DNA of 25,255 bases, from positions 1 to 25,255 of the IMG/VR virus record IMGVR_UViG_3300033076_000737; one strand, written 5' to 3'. Positions within the stretch are counted from its first letter, which is position 1, and every line of letters starts with the position of its first letter. A program made the translations under genes and the position numbers. This document shows positions 23,612 to 25,255 of this stretch, piece by piece. Source of the stretch: a virus. Lineage: Duplodnaviria; Caudoviricetes. The notes under the pieces were generated by a model, which saw only the letters and a list, made by a program, of their open reading frames with translations, searched no databases and had not been told where the DNA came from.

Positions 23612-23835
23612 ACTTACAAAACTTCCGCATTGAGAAAGAACCTGCGCCTTCTACGGATTGGCGTGTCTTTGGTGACATCGAGGATGATGCTGGAAACATC
23701 TTGGGCACGTTTGGGCAGGATGGAACAAGCGTCAATATCTGGTGGGTTCAGCAGGATGAATCGTTTCAGAATAGTATTGTAAACCAGTTTGCAATCGTTA
23801 TGGCACAGCAGATTATTAGTGGGCAGGCTGAGTAA
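23608..23835 (+). CDS. Hypothetical protein (75 aa)
   Basis: Translationally coupled on both sides (ATGA, TAATG). Confidence 0.7.
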   Translation: MNLQNFRIEKEPAPSTDWRVFGDIEDDAGNILGTFGQDGTSVNIWWVQQDESFQNSIVNQFAIVMAQQIISGQAE

Positions 23836-25255
23836 TGGCTACTTATTACGTTAGAACTGATGGTAGTGATACCAATGCTGGCACAGGCCCCGCAGGAAAT
23901 CAAGCGTGGCAAACAGTAACCAAAGCCATTGGCGCAACAGGTATTGCACCCGGAGATACTCTATACATTGCACCCGGTATTTATCGTGGTTCATTCACTG
24001 CTGCATTCACAAACCCTGCAAGTGAAGGACAACGTATTACAATTGCGGGTAATCCGACAGCCTCGCAATTTACAGGTGTTGCCGCTGGTCCTGTTATATT
24101 TACGAATTACACTGGTTCAACAACTTATGTTGATTCAACAATATTGACTTGCGTTAAAAACTTTATAACGCTGCAAGATATTTATATTATTGGTCGTGTG
24201 CCGACTTCTGGACTATTGGGCACAATGCAAACCACAGCATTGATTATGGATCGTATTATAAGTTTGCAGAATGAAACTACGACAGAAAATGGTGGTTTAA
24301 GAATTTATGTTCCAGATGGCACTGCTGGGCCAATCATTAGACGTTGTATATTTCAAGGAACAAATCTGTTACGCGGTGGTAACATAACATCTTATAATTC
24401 TGGAACGCTAATACAAGATTGTTTATTTCAAACTCAAACGACATCATTTAATTTGGCGGCCCCACTGACTATTGGTAATTTTCCAAATGCAACATTTGGT
24501 GGAATCACAATAGTGAATAGTACATTCCTAAGCAGCGATGCTTGTATTGGATTTTACACAGGTACGACACTCAGCACATCGCATCCAAATACATATCGCA
24601 ACTGTCATTTTCAAGGGTCAAGAGGTATTGTTTCCACCAGCACATCAGCTCAGACGGAGACATATAACTTTTTCAATTGTCAAACAGACAGGACAAACTG
24701 TAATACAGGCACTGGTAGTGTTTCTAAGGCTTATAATCCGTTTGATATGCAAATGTCCCTGATTCAAGGATGGGGAAATTATCCGTTTTATTCTTTGATG
24801 AGTTCAGCGTCAATGATCAGTGCAGGCAATAATACAAATATTCTTGCATCTGATATTTTTGGAACTGCTTGGCTCAATGCTACAACGCCAACAGTCGGGG
24901 CAGTTGAATCGGCTACTCTAGGCACTGGTGTATACGTTCCAACCGAACGCAACGCATCCACCATCACAATCGCTCCCGGATCAACCTCACAATCCATCGA
25001 ACTGTACCTAGGTGCTACAGGTCTCACAGCCTCAACATCCGGTCTCTCAGCTCGCTACAACAGAACACGCACAACCAGCGTATCAATCCCGCTGGTAGCC
25101 CGCACAATCGCTCAGGCGTGGACTTCTGGCGGCTTTGCTGAGGTTGACGCAACCAATATGCCGGGCGTGTATCGCCTTGACGTACCCGACGCTGCACTGG
25201 CTGCAGGTGCTGACGATGTCACTATCGTGGTGCGTGGTGCATCTGGTACTAACGG
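23835..25255 (+). CDS. Right-handed beta-helix (pectin-lyase-like, DUF1565-type N-terminus) virion spike/depolymerase-like protein, 3'-truncated, absent from the ORF track
   Basis: Manual translation: MATYYVRTDGSDTNAGTG...AWQTVTKA...APGDTLYIAPGIYRG, with repeats IRRCIF, IQDCLF, IVNSTF, YRNCHF. Open to the window end (>=473 codons). Confidence 0.8.
   Translation, partial: MATYYVRTDGSDTNAGTGPAGNQAWQTVTKAIGATGIAPGDTLYIAPGIYRGSFTAAFTNPASEGQRITIAGNPTASQFTGVAAGPVIFTNYTGSTTYVDSTILTCVKNFITLQDIYIIGRVPTSGLLGTMQTTALIMDRIISLQNETTTENGGLRIYVPDGTAGPIIRRCIFQGTNLLRGGNITSYNSGTLIQDCLFQTQTTSFNLAAPLTIGNFPNATFGGITIVNSTFLSSDACIGFYTGTTLSTSHPNTYRNCHFQGSRGIVSTSTSAQTETYNFFNCQTDRTNCNTGTGSVSKAYNPFDMQMSLIQGWGNYPFYSLMSSASMISAGNNTNILASDIFGTAWLNATTPTVGAVESATLGTGVYVPTERNASTITIAPGSTSQSIELYLGATGLTASTSGLSARYNRTRTTSVSIPLVARTIAQAWTSGGFAEVDATNMPGVYRLDVPDAALAAGADDVTIVVRGASGTN

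Noticed and set aside
23929-25027. Three short ORFs listed in the track
   Set aside because: They are alternative frames of the long open ORF starting at 23835.
1-25255. Stop-codon reassignment, integrase/att, introns/inteins, diversity-generating retroelement
   Set aside because: TAA, TAG and TGA all end full-length genes. TerL, helicase and thyX are uninterrupted and normal-sized. No recombinase, reverse transcriptase or TR/VR pair was seen in this window.

Overview
This 25.3-kb window is a section of a tailed dsDNA phage genome (HK97-fold capsid). Both ends are cut inside virion genes. In order it contains: the end of the tail module; a CHAP-type endolysin; a repeat-rich non-coding interval; a leftward recombination operon (ERF, Mu Gam-like); a divergent XRE HTH gene; a rightward operon (sigma-70-family factor, VRR-NUC, RepB-type primase, AAA_25 helicase, SSB-like, DUF3310, thyX); packaging genes (TerS, dut, TerL, SNase and a moron); and the head/neck module. 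The window ends in a beta-helix protein that the ORF track missed. No integrase, tRNA or CRISPR array was seen. The main candidates are: (1) three or four DUF2829/Tad2-like paralogues, one fused to an HTH; (2) a ~70-nt antisense sRNA whose loops are complementary to a GGGAGA(T)AA ribosome-binding motif shared by early/middle genes, plus two more sRNA candidates next to duplicated palindrome pairs; (3) three identical TGTGGGATACT-N6-ATG leaderless late promoters matching an altered phage sigma factor; (4) a C_CCU_UUU slippery site that would fuse portal to the gpF-like minor head protein by -1 frameshift. All family calls come from motif recognition by eye, and no database searches were run.
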